A DNA stretch of 40,950 nucleotides from a virus (Duplodnaviria > Caudoviricetes). Below, one piece after another: positions 1 through 8,141 of the stretch; position 1 is the first letter of the stretch; the number at the start of each line of letters is the position of its first letter. Location: the IMG/VR virus record IMGVR_UViG_3300027571_000667, positions 1 through 40,950 of that record, one strand, 5' to 3'. Position numbers and translations under genes: made by a program. The notes under the pieces are model-generated. The model made no database searches. It saw only the letters and a program-made list of their open reading frames with translations, and was not told where the DNA came from.

Positions 1-467
1 TCATAGTCGCCACTAAACAATGCTGTATCACCTGCAAGTGCTGTTGTACTACTTGTACCCAATGCCAATGCATCAGTAATTCCGTAACCTGCTACTGTTG
101 TTGGTGTACTTGTTACATCAGCAAACGCAACAGTTGTTAGATAATCTGTTCCTGCTACTGCTGCACTTATGTTCCCGGCACCATCTGCTTTTACTATTCC
201 TGTAACTGCACCAACAATTGGATCTGTTTCTGTATAACTTGTCAAATAACCTTGTGTACTATGGTCACCATAATCAGTTGGGATAGTTGGTTTATTAGTT
301 AAGCTATTGTAGTCGCCGTCGAACGCATATGCAAATAATGGTTGTAATTCACTTAGACCAACATAAACTTCGTCAAAGTTATCATTAACTTTATCAAGGG
401 CTGAACGTATGCTTTCACCGTCTCCGGTTAATTCGCCTGTTCCTAAATTTATCGTTTGCTTTGCCAT
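1..467 (-). CDS. Virion/tail-baseplate structural protein, 3'-truncated by window edge
   Basis: Read manually (absent from ORF track): ATG at 465-467, MAKQTINLGTGELTGDGESIRSALDKVNDNFDEVY..., open to position 1. N-terminus matches the T4 gp9/gp10-like 'INLG...GDxxRxAxxKxNxNF' motif; contains DYNSLTNKPTIP fibre motif. Confidence 0.8.
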   Translation of the reverse strand, partial: MAKQTINLGTGELTGDGESIRSALDKVNDNFDEVYVGLSELQPLFAYAFDGDYNSLTNKPTIPTDYGDHSTQGYLTSYTETDPIVGAVTGIVKADGAGNISAAVAGTDYLTTVAFADVTSTPTTVAGYGITDALALGTSSTTALAGDTALFSGDY

Positions 468-478
468 CTATTACGCCC

Positions 479-886
479 TTAATGATTTAGTCTTATACTG
501 TTAACTGTGCCGTCAGTCCAATTACTAACGTATGTTCTTACCCAAACATAGTTTCCAGTAAAATTATAGTTTTTATTATTAGTAGTAGCACTAGTATATT
601 CTACAGAAGTAATGCTTTGAGTTGCAACTAACCCAGTAGTGTCAACACTTTGTTTACCGGAGTCTAAAACTAAAGTAAACCAGTCAGCTTCTACTGGGTT
701 AGTTGCAAGTGTTCCTTGCATAGCTACTTTCCCAATAAACCCTGTTAGGTCTACTTGTACTGTATGAAGGCCGTCACTACGTCCGTAGTACCCGTCTCCT
801 TTGAATTTTTCACCGGTGACAGTCTCAGTGGTACCGCCTCCTGGGTGTGTATTTGCTGTTAAAATTGTTTCGCTATTGTTCTGCAT
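479..886 (-). CDS. Hypothetical protein, probably virion-associated (beta-rich, 135 aa)
   Basis: ORF track; Thr/Gly-rich; directly preceded by GATAAATA motif. Confidence 0.65.
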   Translation of the reverse strand: MQNNSETILTANTHPGGGTTETVTGEKFKGDGYYGRSDGLHTVQVDLTGFIGKVAMQGTLATNPVEADWFTLVLDSGKQSVDTTGLVATQSITSVEYTSATTNNKNYNFTGNYVWVRTYVSNWTDGTVNSIRLNH

Positions 887-890
887 ATAG

Positions 891-1556
891 TTATTTATCT
901 AGATCTTGTGTACTAACAATTCTTTGTACACTCTGAAAATTGTGTCCTATCAACAAACTTACTAGTTGTAATATCTTTTCGTCTCTAGTATAAAAGTATA
1001 AGCCAGGAGCATAACCGCCTTCTACGGCCTCTAAAGCAATACGTCCTATTTTTACTTTGTCAGAGTTCTTTTGTACCCATTTGTAAAAGTTTTGGTCAAT
1101 AAAACGTTGATTAAAAGTAACTCTATAGTCAAACTTACTAGCATGATCTACAAGAATAACATTTTTATCTAATTTAGATAGGTACTTTTTGTTTGGTTCC
1201 CAGAACTCTTCAACACATATGCGAGATAATAATGCATTAATGACAGCTTTACTATTAGTATAAACATTCATAGTTCCCATTTCAATTCTAAGTTTGTAAT
1301 CCTCTTGATTAAAAGAAGAAAACAAATTTAGAATTATTTTTGAGCTATTAAAATCATCTTGGCTTACAAACGTATCTCTAATACCAATGGAACGTCTGAT
1401 AAATTTGTCATCATCTAACTGAGTCTGCATCCTGTCTAACTCATTACGAGCATTGTTTAAATTCTTATCTCTAAAAATGCAGGCCAGATAATTTTTAACA
1501 ACTAACTTGTAGAGGTATTCATTATAAAACAGTGATTTTGTTTCATAATTCAACAA
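891..1556 (-). CDS. Hypothetical protein (221 aa)
   Basis: ORF track, TTG start overlapping clpA end, GGGGAAG upstream; tiles tightly with neighbours. Confidence 0.7.
   Translation of the reverse strand: MLNYETKSLFYNEYLYKLVVKNYLACIFRDKNLNNARNELDRMQTQLDDDKFIRRSIGIRDTFVSQDDFNSSKIILNLFSSFNQEDYKLRIEMGTMNVYTNSKAVINALLSRICVEEFWEPNKKYLSKLDKNVILVDHASKFDYRVTFNQRFIDQNFYKWVQKNSDKVKIGRIALEAVEGGYAPGLYFYTRDEKILQLVSLLIGHNFQSVQRIVSTQDLDK
892..899 (-). promoter_or_regulatory. Putative T4-like late promoter GATAAATA
   Basis: + strand tatttatc; 5 nt upstream of ATG at 886; resembles T4 gp55 consensus TATAAATA. Confidence 0.6.
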
Positions 1557-3783
1557 GGGCTTCCCCTACACAATTTAGTTCTAAACTGTTAGAGTCTTCA
1601 GTTAAATTAATAGTAACAGTTCCGCCTGTTTTAAGATTGCCAAATAACAGTTCACGTGATAACGGACGTTTAATTTCATTATCAATTACTCGAGCTAAAG
1701 GTCTTGCACCCATTTTAGGATCAAAGCCTTTGTCAACTAAGTAATCTAATGCTTCAGCTGATATGTCAATCTTAACACCTTTATCTTTGACCATATTTTT
1801 AAGTTCAACAAGGAACTTACCAACAATTTTTAACATTACAGGCTTACCAAGTTTCTTAAAGATAATAGTTGCATCAAGTCTGTTTCTAAACTCTGGAGCA
1901 AAGAACTTTTTAAGTGCTTTGTCTTCATATTCTAGTTCAAACTCGTCATTAAATCCAATTAAGTTTTTCTCTGCATCACTAGCACCAAGATTAGTTGTAA
2001 GAATTAATACACAATTACGTGCATCTGCTTCTTTACTATTAGATCCTGTTACTTTACCGTTGTCCATTAACTGTAATAATATCTGTGATACGTCAGGATG
2101 TGCTTTTTCAATTTCGTCTAGTAGCAATACACAATTAGGATTCTCTTGAAGTCTTGTAATTAACTGTCCTGCATCGTCATCGAACCCTACATATCCTGGA
2201 GGCGAACCAATTAGTTTAGAAATACTATGTTTTTCTTGGAATTCACTCATATCAAATCTTACAAGTTGTACACCTAGTTGTTCAGCAAGTGATTTTGCTG
2301 TCTCTGTTTTACCAGTGCCTGTTGGCCCCATAAAGATAAAGCTACCAATGGGCTTATCTTCTGCCTTAAGTCCTGCTTGTGCAACTAAGATTTTGTCTAC
2401 GATGCCTTCAATTGCCGAGTCTTGACCGTAAACATCTTTCTTCATATTCTTTTCAAGATGTGCAAGGTTACTTGTTTCTTTTTCAGCAATATTTTCAACT
2501 GGCATATTAACCATTTTTGCAAGTTCAAATTGTATTTCTTCTTCAGTAACTAGTTTTTCTACGTCCGGATCTTTTAAGTTAAATCGCGAGCATGCAACAT
2601 CAATTAAGTCAATTGCTTTATCAGGTAACTTTTTATCAGTTTGATACTTAACACTTAGTTTTACAGCCGCTTCAATTGCTTGCTCTGTAATTACAGTCTG
2701 GTGATAGTCCTCATAGTACTTCTTAATACCACGTAGAATATCTTTTGCTGTTTCGTTACTTGGTTCATCAACTGTTACACGTTGGAACCTACGCATTAAT
2801 GCACGATCCTTTTCAAAGCTCTTGCGATATTCTTCCCATGTAGTTGATGCAACTACTTTTAAGTTGCCTTTAGCTAATGCAGGCTTTAACATGTTTGCTA
2901 AATCATTTGATTTTTCTTGTCCACCAGCGCCAGCACCTTGCATCATATGTGCTTCGTCGATAAACATTACAGTTTTGCCTTTCTTTTGTAGGCCTTTAAG
3001 AACTAGTTTTAGTCGTTCTTCAAAGTCTCCACGGTACTTACTACCTGCTAACATACTGCCAATGTCTAGATTGTATACTTCGTAATCTTTAAGGAACTCC
3101 GGTACATCATCGTTAACAATTTTGTATGCTAAACCTTCGGCGATTGCTGTTTTACCAACACCTGGATCACCTACAAGTAATACATTGTTCTTTGATCGGC
3201 GACCTAATGCTAGTGCAATACTATCTAGTTCTTCACTTCGACCAATAATTGGATCAATTTTATCTTTGTGTACTTCTTCATTAAGGTTAGTAGTAAACGA
3301 ACGTAGTGCTTTAGCAGCAGCTCCGCTTAATTCTTCATCTTCAAAGTCTTCTTCTAACTCGGTAGAAACATAGTCAGCAAATCTGTCCTTAGTGATTCCG
3401 CCTTTTTCAATCCAATATGTTGCAACAGACTTTTTCTCACTTAGGATACTAATAAACACATCACTTAGATCAATGTTACTACGACCACTAAACAACACTT
3501 GTGTAAATGCTCTGTTTAATACACGTTCTACAGCCTGTGTCTTCTTAGGCTTCATAGGCTCAGTAGTTTTAATATCATCTAGTGCTGTTTTTAAATGATT
3601 CTCCAGATTACTTTTTAAGAAAGCAGGATCAGCACCGTAACCTTTGATTACATTTTCAAAATTTTCTTCGCATAACATTGCAAACAAAATATGCTCAACA
3701 GTAACATACTCGTGTGATAATTTTCTAGCATCGTTAATTGCTTTTTCAAATACTAGTTGTAGTTCTTTGCTTGGTTCAACCAT
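1543..3783 (-). CDS. clpA: ATP-dependent Clp protease ATP-binding subunit, ClpA type
   Basis: Clp N-domain (HEYVTVEHILFAM), two AAA+ modules (GDPGVGKT/FIDEAH; GPTGTGKT/LLDEIEKAHPD), pore loops KYRG and GYVG, IGF ClpP-docking loop, no ClpB middle domain. Confidence 0.93.
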   Translation of the reverse strand: MVEPSKELQLVFEKAINDARKLSHEYVTVEHILFAMLCEENFENVIKGYGADPAFLKSNLENHLKTALDDIKTTEPMKPKKTQAVERVLNRAFTQVLFSGRSNIDLSDVFISILSEKKSVATYWIEKGGITKDRFADYVSTELEEDFEDEELSGAAAKALRSFTTNLNEEVHKDKIDPIIGRSEELDSIALALGRRSKNNVLLVGDPGVGKTAIAEGLAYKIVNDDVPEFLKDYEVYNLDIGSMLAGSKYRGDFEERLKLVLKGLQKKGKTVMFIDEAHMMQGAGAGGQEKSNDLANMLKPALAKGNLKVVASTTWEEYRKSFEKDRALMRRFQRVTVDEPSNETAKDILRGIKKYYEDYHQTVITEQAIEAAVKLSVKYQTDKKLPDKAIDLIDVACSRFNLKDPDVEKLVTEEEIQFELAKMVNMPVENIAEKETSNLAHLEKNMKKDVYGQDSAIEGIVDKILVAQAGLKAEDKPIGSFIFMGPTGTGKTETAKSLAEQLGVQLVRFDMSEFQEKHSISKLIGSPPGYVGFDDDAGQLITRLQENPNCVLLLDEIEKAHPDVSQILLQLMDNGKVTGSNSKEADARNCVLILTTNLGASDAEKNLIGFNDEFELEYEDKALKKFFAPEFRNRLDATIIFKKLGKPVMLKIVGKFLVELKNMVKDKGVKIDISAEALDYLVDKGFDPKMGARPLARVIDNEIKRPLSRELLFGNLKTGGTVTINLTEDSNSLELNCVGEALVEL

Positions 3784-4279
3784 TTATAGTTTTCCTAATT
3801 TTAGTTTGTTTCTTCTTTGCCATATCCAGTTTTAGTCTTGATACTCGATTTGTAAATTCTATTCCTTGTAGGTGATCGTATTCATGTAGAAAGCATCTAG
3901 CATCTAAATCATACAATTCCATTATACACTCTTTTGCACTAATGTCAAGAAATTTTACAACTAACCCTTTAGGTCTTGGAACTTTTAAAAATAAGTCTGG
4001 ATGACTCAAACATCCTTCTGGCATTATCTCAGTATTAACACTAACTTTATCAATTATAGGATTAATTACTGTAAGTGGACTATTGTCTTCAAGTAAATGA
4101 GGCTTCATTACAAAGATTTGTCCGTTTAGTCCTACTTGGTTTGCACTTAGACCTATTCCACCTTCTTCGGCCATTAAGGCAATCATATTTTCTGATACTT
4201 CTTTAGCATCAAATTTATCAAAGTCAAATGGATCTACAACTTTTTGTAGCCAGGCATTTGGTGATTTAATTAGTTTCAT
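3776..4279 (-). CDS. def: Peptide deformylase
   Basis: All three PDF motifs: GIGLSANQ, EGCLS, HEYDHL. Confidence 0.95.
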   Translation of the reverse strand: MKLIKSPNAWLQKVVDPFDFDKFDAKEVSENMIALMAEEGGIGLSANQVGLNGQIFVMKPHLLEDNSPLTVINPIIDKVSVNTEIMPEGCLSHPDLFLKVPRPKGLVVKFLDISAKECIMELYDLDARCFLHEYDHLQGIEFTNRVSRLKLDMAKKKQTKIRKTING

Positions 4280-5102
4280 TATTTCTTATATTCCTTATGC
4301 TTTCTAATACGTCTGGATCGTTTATTTTAGGTATAGTAGCATTTACTATTATGTATGCATTGCCCCTAGTACCGCTCTGTCTATCCGGTAATCCGTACTG
4401 TGCAATATTAAACCTTCCATTTGATTGAGTACCTGCCGGTACTGTTAAATTTAGTTGTCTTCCGTCTATTGTGTCTACTATTATACAGGTTCCTACAATT
4501 AAGTCAAGTGCATTTACTTTATATTCTCTATAAAGATGCATACCTTCCCTAACCCAGTGTTTATGTTTTACAATTTGTACTTTAACATGCAAGTCGCCTC
4601 GTTGCATATGTAATATGTCATCACCTAAACCACTGTATCTTATAACATCTCCGTCTCGTATTCCTGCTGGTATTTCTATATCAACTGTTTCTTTTTTACC
4701 ACTTCGTAATGCATAACTAGCAAGAAGATTTTTTCCTTTAAGGACATCTTCAAGTTCTATTTTTGCTGCAATAGTAATATCTTTGTTACGCTTTGGGGGA
4801 TTTTGAAAAGGATTGCCTTGTGCCCCGTTTCTAAACATATTACCAAACATGTCTTGTATGTCTACATTTACATTATCATAACCAAAGCCGCCTCTGTGTT
4901 GATTAAACTGTGGTTGTGGGTTATCGTATTGTTGACGTCTTTGCGGGTCGCTTAGTACTTCATATGCTTCTTTAATTTTGATAAATTCTTTATGGTCACC
5001 GCCCTTATCAGGATGATGTTTGCCCGCTAGTCTTCTAAATGCGGTTTTTATCTCTTTCTCAGAAGCTGATTTATGTAAGCCTAGTACAGAATAATGGTCC
5101 AT
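4266..5102 (-). CDS. dnaJ: DnaJ-class co-chaperone (class B/CbpA-like, no Zn finger)
   Basis: J domain with HPD (HHPDKGG, EAYEVLSDP), G/F linker, DnaJ C-terminal domain (IPAGI, RGDLHV, VPAGTQ). Confidence 0.9.
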   Translation of the reverse strand: MDHYSVLGLHKSASEKEIKTAFRRLAGKHHPDKGGDHKEFIKIKEAYEVLSDPQRRQQYDNPQPQFNQHRGGFGYDNVNVDIQDMFGNMFRNGAQGNPFQNPPKRNKDITIAAKIELEDVLKGKNLLASYALRSGKKETVDIEIPAGIRDGDVIRYSGLGDDILHMQRGDLHVKVQIVKHKHWVREGMHLYREYKVNALDLIVGTCIIVDTIDGRQLNLTVPAGTQSNGRFNIAQYGLPDRQSGTRGNAYIIVNATIPKINDPDVLESIRNIRNNETN

Positions 5103-5125
5103 ACTAATACTTATTTTTTAGAGTA

Positions 5126-5416
5126 CTACTTCTTACTAGTTCCGGTGTACAATCCAAACCATGCTGCACCAGCACCAACTACGATACTAATTAAACCTGA
5201 TTGTTCCATTGTAGGAGAGCCTAGTTCCATATACCAAATTACACATTTGTATAGTAATATAATATAAACTGTTAAAAATAGTCTTGGGAAAATTCTCCAA
5301 GCATCGACGGCTTTAGCCATGTCAATAAGACTTTGATATTTGTTCTTAGAACTGTCTATTGTAGTTGTATCTACTTCAAGTTCAATGTTTACTTTTTTAG
5401 TTTGAGTGTCGCTCAT
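5126..5416 (-). CDS. Small two-TM membrane protein (possible holin)
   Basis: Two hydrophobic segments (IFPRLFLTVYIILLY; GLISIVVGAGAAWFGLY); ATGA overlap with upstream gene. Confidence 0.65.
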   Translation of the reverse strand: MSDTQTKKVNIELEVDTTTIDSSKNKYQSLIDMAKAVDAWRIFPRLFLTVYIILLYKCVIWYMELGSPTMEQSGLISIVVGAGAAWFGLYTGTSKK

Positions 5417-5700
5417 TTCTTTTTCTTTCCCTCTAATTTAACAAGACGTGCTTCTAGCTCATCTATCTTTTTTGTTACGTGTGGATATTTTTTACGCCAA
5501 GCATTTGGATCATTTTGTAACCATGTCCAACCCCATCGTACTGCCAAGTACTCTAAAATGGAATCAAACTTTGTTACAGCCCATGTTGCCATTCTTGTAT
5601 CTTTAAACCAGAACAAAAATCCTGCACCAAATAACGATCCCGCTAGTGCTGTGTAAATCCACAAGCGGTCATCCGCCATTCTTTCAATCATTTCCCACAT
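5413..5700 (-). CDS. Membrane-anchored hypothetical protein (95 aa)
   Basis: N-terminal TM, C-terminal coiled coil and KKKK tail; GAGGG SD; ACTAAATA motif at 5728-5735. Confidence 0.7.
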   Translation of the reverse strand: MWEMIERMADDRLWIYTALAGSLFGAGFLFWFKDTRMATWAVTKFDSILEYLAVRWGWTWLQNDPNAWRKKYPHVTKKIDELEARLVKLEGKKKK

Positions 5701-5740
5701 AGTTTACCCTCTTTTGTTAACTATGTATATTTAGTAGAAT

Positions 5741-6109
5741 TTACTTGGATTTATAGTCTGCAATAGCTGTTTTAATTGCGTCTTCTGCTAATACAGAACA
5801 ATGTATTTTTACTGGGGGTAGGGCAAGTTCTGTAGCAAGTTGGGTGTTCTTTATTTCGCCTGCTTGATCTAAGGTCATTCCTTTAACCCATTCAGTAAGT
5901 AGACTGCTGCTTGCTATAGCACTACCACACCCATAGGTTTTAAATTTAGCATCAACAATGATGCCTTCCTCTACCTTAATTTGTAAACGCATAACGTCAC
6001 CACAGGCAGGAGCTCCTACCATTCCAGTTCCGATATTGTCTGCAGGATCCCACTTACCAACATTACGAGGGTTTTCGTAATGGTCTAACACTTCTTTTGA
6101 ATACGCCAC
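5741..6109 (-). CDS. iscU: Fe-S cluster scaffold IscU, copy 1 (canonical)
   Basis: YSKEVLDHYENPRNVG, GAPACGD, KTYGCGSAIAS, LPPVKIHC; GTG start with GAGGA SD. Confidence 0.96.
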   Translation of the reverse strand: MAYSKEVLDHYENPRNVGKWDPADNIGTGMVGAPACGDVMRLQIKVEEGIIVDAKFKTYGCGSAIASSSLLTEWVKGMTLDQAGEIKNTQLATELALPPVKIHCSVLAEDAIKTAIADYKSK

Positions 6110-6138
6110 GGCTGCGTCCTCTTTTAGTTTAGTGTATG

Positions 6139-6146
6139 TATTTATT
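6139..6146 (-). promoter_or_regulatory. Putative late promoter AATAAATA for iscU copy 1
   Basis: Intergenic variant of the recurrent motif, upstream of the SD. Confidence 0.45.
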
Positions 6147-6149
6147 CCA

Positions 6150-6314
6150 TTATATGAACAAGCTAACTAGTAAAAGTAATGCTGTAATAGTGCCTAAGAA
6201 TACTGATAGTACTCCAAGAGCAAATAGAATTATATTGAAAGGTGTAATTGCAACATCTTCAATACGACCTACACCTATTACTGTTTTAAGTACGGCTCTA
6301 AAGAATCCAATCAT
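6150..6314 (-). CDS. Small membrane protein, 54 aa, DUF2970-like
   Basis: Read manually: MIGFFRAVLKTVIGVGRIEDVAITPFNIILFALGVLSVFLGTITALLLLVSLFI; pattern VL..xxGV...D...P..II recalls DUF2970. Confidence 0.65.
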   Translation of the reverse strand: MIGFFRAVLKTVIGVGRIEDVAITPFNIILFALGVLSVFLGTITALLLLVSLFI

Positions 6315-6471
6315 TGATAGCCATTACGCCGAACATCAATCCTAACGCCATTACTTGTATAATTGTTGGTATAACAACAAACATAACTAACGGGTTATAA
6401 TCCATCTTCATCCAGTAATCAGTTTCGTGCCATTCTTTTACTTGAGCTGCTGTTGCTTCTTTATATTTCAT
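6298..6471 (-). CDS. Small membrane protein, 57 aa
   Basis: Read manually: MKYKEATAAQVKEWHETDYWMKMDYNPLVMFVVIPTIIQVMALGLMFGVMAINDWIL; tiles between neighbours. Confidence 0.7.
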   Translation of the reverse strand: MKYKEATAAQVKEWHETDYWMKMDYNPLVMFVVIPTIIQVMALGLMFGVMAINDWIL

Positions 6472-6474
6472 ATC

Positions 6475-6624
6475 CTAATACTTCATTGAAGCAGCCATTA
6501 TTAAAAATGGTAGTGCTATCGGAAAGGTTGCTAGGAATGTTGCTTGTACTATATCGCAAAATATGCATACTCGCTCGTCTTCTTTTAGTTTTAAAATCAT
6601 CTGTGTCATTGTGTGTTTTTCCAT
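6475..6624 (-). CDS. Small membrane peptide with CxxC, 49 aa (alternative start 6609)
   Basis: Read manually: MEKHTMTQMILKLKEDERVCIFCDIVQATFLATFPIALPFLIMAASMKY; ATG abuts upstream TAG. Confidence 0.65.
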   Translation of the reverse strand: MEKHTMTQMILKLKEDERVCIFCDIVQATFLATFPIALPFLIMAASMKY

Positions 6625-6732
6625 CTATATGTGTGTGTTTACTCCCAACAAAGAAAACATAAAAATAGTCGCAAGTCCGCTTACTTCGAGTGCGTCTCGA
6701 AAAGATTCTATGTTAATTTTCGGAGGTTTCAT
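6625..6732 (-). CDS. Small hydrophobic peptide, 35 aa
   Basis: Read manually: MKPPKINIESFRDALEVSGLATIFMFSLLGVNTHI; first ORF after a sigma70 promoter. Confidence 0.55.
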   Translation of the reverse strand: MKPPKINIESFRDALEVSGLATIFMFSLLGVNTHI

Positions 6733-6745
6733 TCTTTAAAAAAAT

Positions 6746-6774
6746 ATTATAACTTACAAACCTTTGTAAGTCAA
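6746..6774 (-). promoter_or_regulatory. Sigma70 promoter TTGACT-N17-TATAAT with 9-bp dyad in spacer
   Basis: -35 at 6769-6774, -10 at 6746-6751; ACTTACAAA-CC-TTTGTAAGT at 6752-6771. Confidence 0.8.
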
Positions 6775-6777
6775 CCA

Positions 6778-6785
6778 TATTTATC
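6778..6785 (-). promoter_or_regulatory. Putative late promoter GATAAATA
   Basis: Exact motif copy, intergenic. Confidence 0.55.
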
Positions 6786-6793
6786 TAAATGTC

Positions 6794-6819
6794 AAAAAAA
6801 CGTGTTACTTTCGGTAACG
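6794..6819 (-). terminator. Possible intrinsic terminator
   Basis: - strand CGTTAC-CGAAA-GTAAC-ACG followed by T7; short stem. Confidence 0.45.
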
Positions 6820-6906
6820 GGGGTATCTTTCTTGAAATTTGTTTGCTTTACGTTGCCAAGAACATTCTAACCAACGGCCTAGTAGATCACTAAGCCATTC
6901 GATCAT
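6805..6906 (-). CDS. Small basic peptide, 33 aa
   Basis: Read manually: MIEWLSDLLGRWLECSWQRKANKFQERYPRYRK; ATGA overlap with upstream ORF. Confidence 0.55.
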   Translation of the reverse strand: MIEWLSDLLGRWLECSWQRKANKFQERYPRYRK

Positions 6907-7106
6907 ACTATGTGATCCTGTCGTGACCTTTTGGCTGTACGAACTTTGCCGCTGATTGGACTAGTGAAAGGTACTTCTGCAAGTCCTTTAGTTCCACCTG
7001 CTTTGCTATATAATAAATCAAACAAGCAATATGTTAATGCGACAAAACTAGTTAGGGCTATAAACAAGATAAACACGATAAATGTAATGCCAAGTATCTC
7101 TAACAT
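6903..7106 (-). CDS. Small membrane protein (67 aa)
   Basis: N-terminal hydrophobic helix; GAGG SD; overlaps neighbours. Confidence 0.65.
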   Translation of the reverse strand: MLEILGITFIVFILFIALTSFVALTYCLFDLLYSKAGGTKGLAEVPFTSPISGKVRTAKRSRQDHIV

Positions 7107-7288
7107 GTGTGACCTCTACGAACAAGTTCTCTTTTTACTTTAACTTTTATTTTAGGCATTGCATTACTGTTTTCTAAGTAGTCTAATAGTTCTTGCTTTG
7201 GTGTAGATTTTAAATAAAAGTGTTCTACCTTATTTCTTCCAGTATTCTTGTCTCTTACTGTGTGTGATGGTTTAAATTTTGCTGGCAC
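7100..7288 (-). CDS. Small basic hypothetical protein (62 aa)
   Basis: GTG start overlapping the iscU stop, GGAGG SD. Confidence 0.65.
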   Translation of the reverse strand: MPAKFKPSHTVRDKNTGRNKVEHFYLKSTPKQELLDYLENSNAMPKIKVKVKRELVRRGHTC

Positions 7289-7716
7289 TATTCAGGCCCT
7301 CCGTTATGTTTGCGTTTTGATTTTTTTTCGTCCCAATCTTTTAAGGCTTGTTTAATACTGTCTTCTGCTAATACACTACAATGTAACTTAATAGGTGGTA
7401 ATTCCAGTGCTTCGGCTATGTCTTTATCTTTTATTTCTAATGCTTCAGACATTGTAAGACCAGTAAGCATTTCAACAAACATTGTTGAACTTGCTATAGC
7501 ACTGCCACAGCCGTATGTTTTAAACTTCACATCTAGTATAGTATCAGTGTCAGGATCTACTTTAAGATCAAGTTTCATGACATCGCCACACGCTGGTGCT
7601 CCTGTCATTCCTGTTGCTATATTGGGATCTTTTGGATCAAAGCGACCAACGCCATGCTTTGCTGGATTGTTTAGAACGTCTTCGAAACGATCTACTACTT
7701 TTTGTGAATATGCCAT
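7288..7716 (-). CDS. iscU: Fe-S cluster scaffold IscU, copy 2 (divergent N-terminus)
   Basis: GAPACGD, KTYGCGSAIAS, LPPIKLHC; N-terminal insertion DRFEDVLNNPAKHGVG. Confidence 0.94.
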   Translation of the reverse strand: MAYSQKVVDRFEDVLNNPAKHGVGRFDPKDPNIATGMTGAPACGDVMKLDLKVDPDTDTILDVKFKTYGCGSAIASSTMFVEMLTGLTMSEALEIKDKDIAEALELPPIKLHCSVLAEDSIKQALKDWDEKKSKRKHNGGPE

Positions 7717-7739
7717 AAGTTTTTAGTTATTATTTTAAT

Positions 7740-7768
7740 AGTATAACAAAACTATTCTTGTTTGTCAA
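7740..7768 (-). promoter_or_regulatory. Strong sigma70 promoter TTGACA-N17-TATACT with extended -10 TG
   Basis: -35 at 7763-7768, -10 at 7740-7745, upstream of iscU copy 2. Confidence 0.85.
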
Positions 7769-8141
7769 CCTCTTGAGTTTCACTTTCGTAATACTCTTTG
7801 TAAGCATCTATAATTTTATTTTGTTTAATCATATATGCACGTATCTGTGCATAGTTTTTTCTAAAGTTCTCGTAGTCTTCATCTGTTAATCCTATTATAA
7901 CAGGATCAATGTTTTTGCTTTCTAAGTCTGTAAATACTTCTTCAGCATTTTCTCTGTTTATTATAATCCAACGAACTTGTTCTAGTTCTGCAGGTTCAGG
8001 TAATGGCAAAGCAAGAGGTCGTCGTTCTACTTCAGTCTTAAAAACTTCTAACGGCTGTATTGTGCTGCAACTAGTAAGTAACGTAGTTAGGATTAGCAAG
8101 CTCAGGACAAACAGTATTGATCTTTGACTTCTTTGTAGCAT
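7752..8141 (-). CDS. Outer-membrane spanin (o-spanin lipoprotein)
   Basis: Signal peptide with lipobox LTSC, Pro-rich segment (RPLALPLPEP), overlaps i-spanin 3' end, downstream of endolysin. Confidence 0.8.
   Translation of the reverse strand: MLQRSQRSILFVLSLLILTTLLTSCSTIQPLEVFKTEVERRPLALPLPEPAELEQVRWIIINRENAEEVFTDLESKNIDPVIIGLTDEDYENFRKNYAQIRAYMIKQNKIIDAYKEYYESETQEVDKQE

Noticed and set aside
6136-6870. + strand ORFs 6136..6345, 6453..6662 and 6613..6870
   Set aside because: The region is better explained by tiled - strand micro-ORFs with their own promoter.
5780-7376. 16-bp direct repeat GTCTTCTGCTAATACA at 5780 and 7361 as mobile-element ends
   Set aside because: It is the conserved VLAED-coding segment of the two iscU genes.
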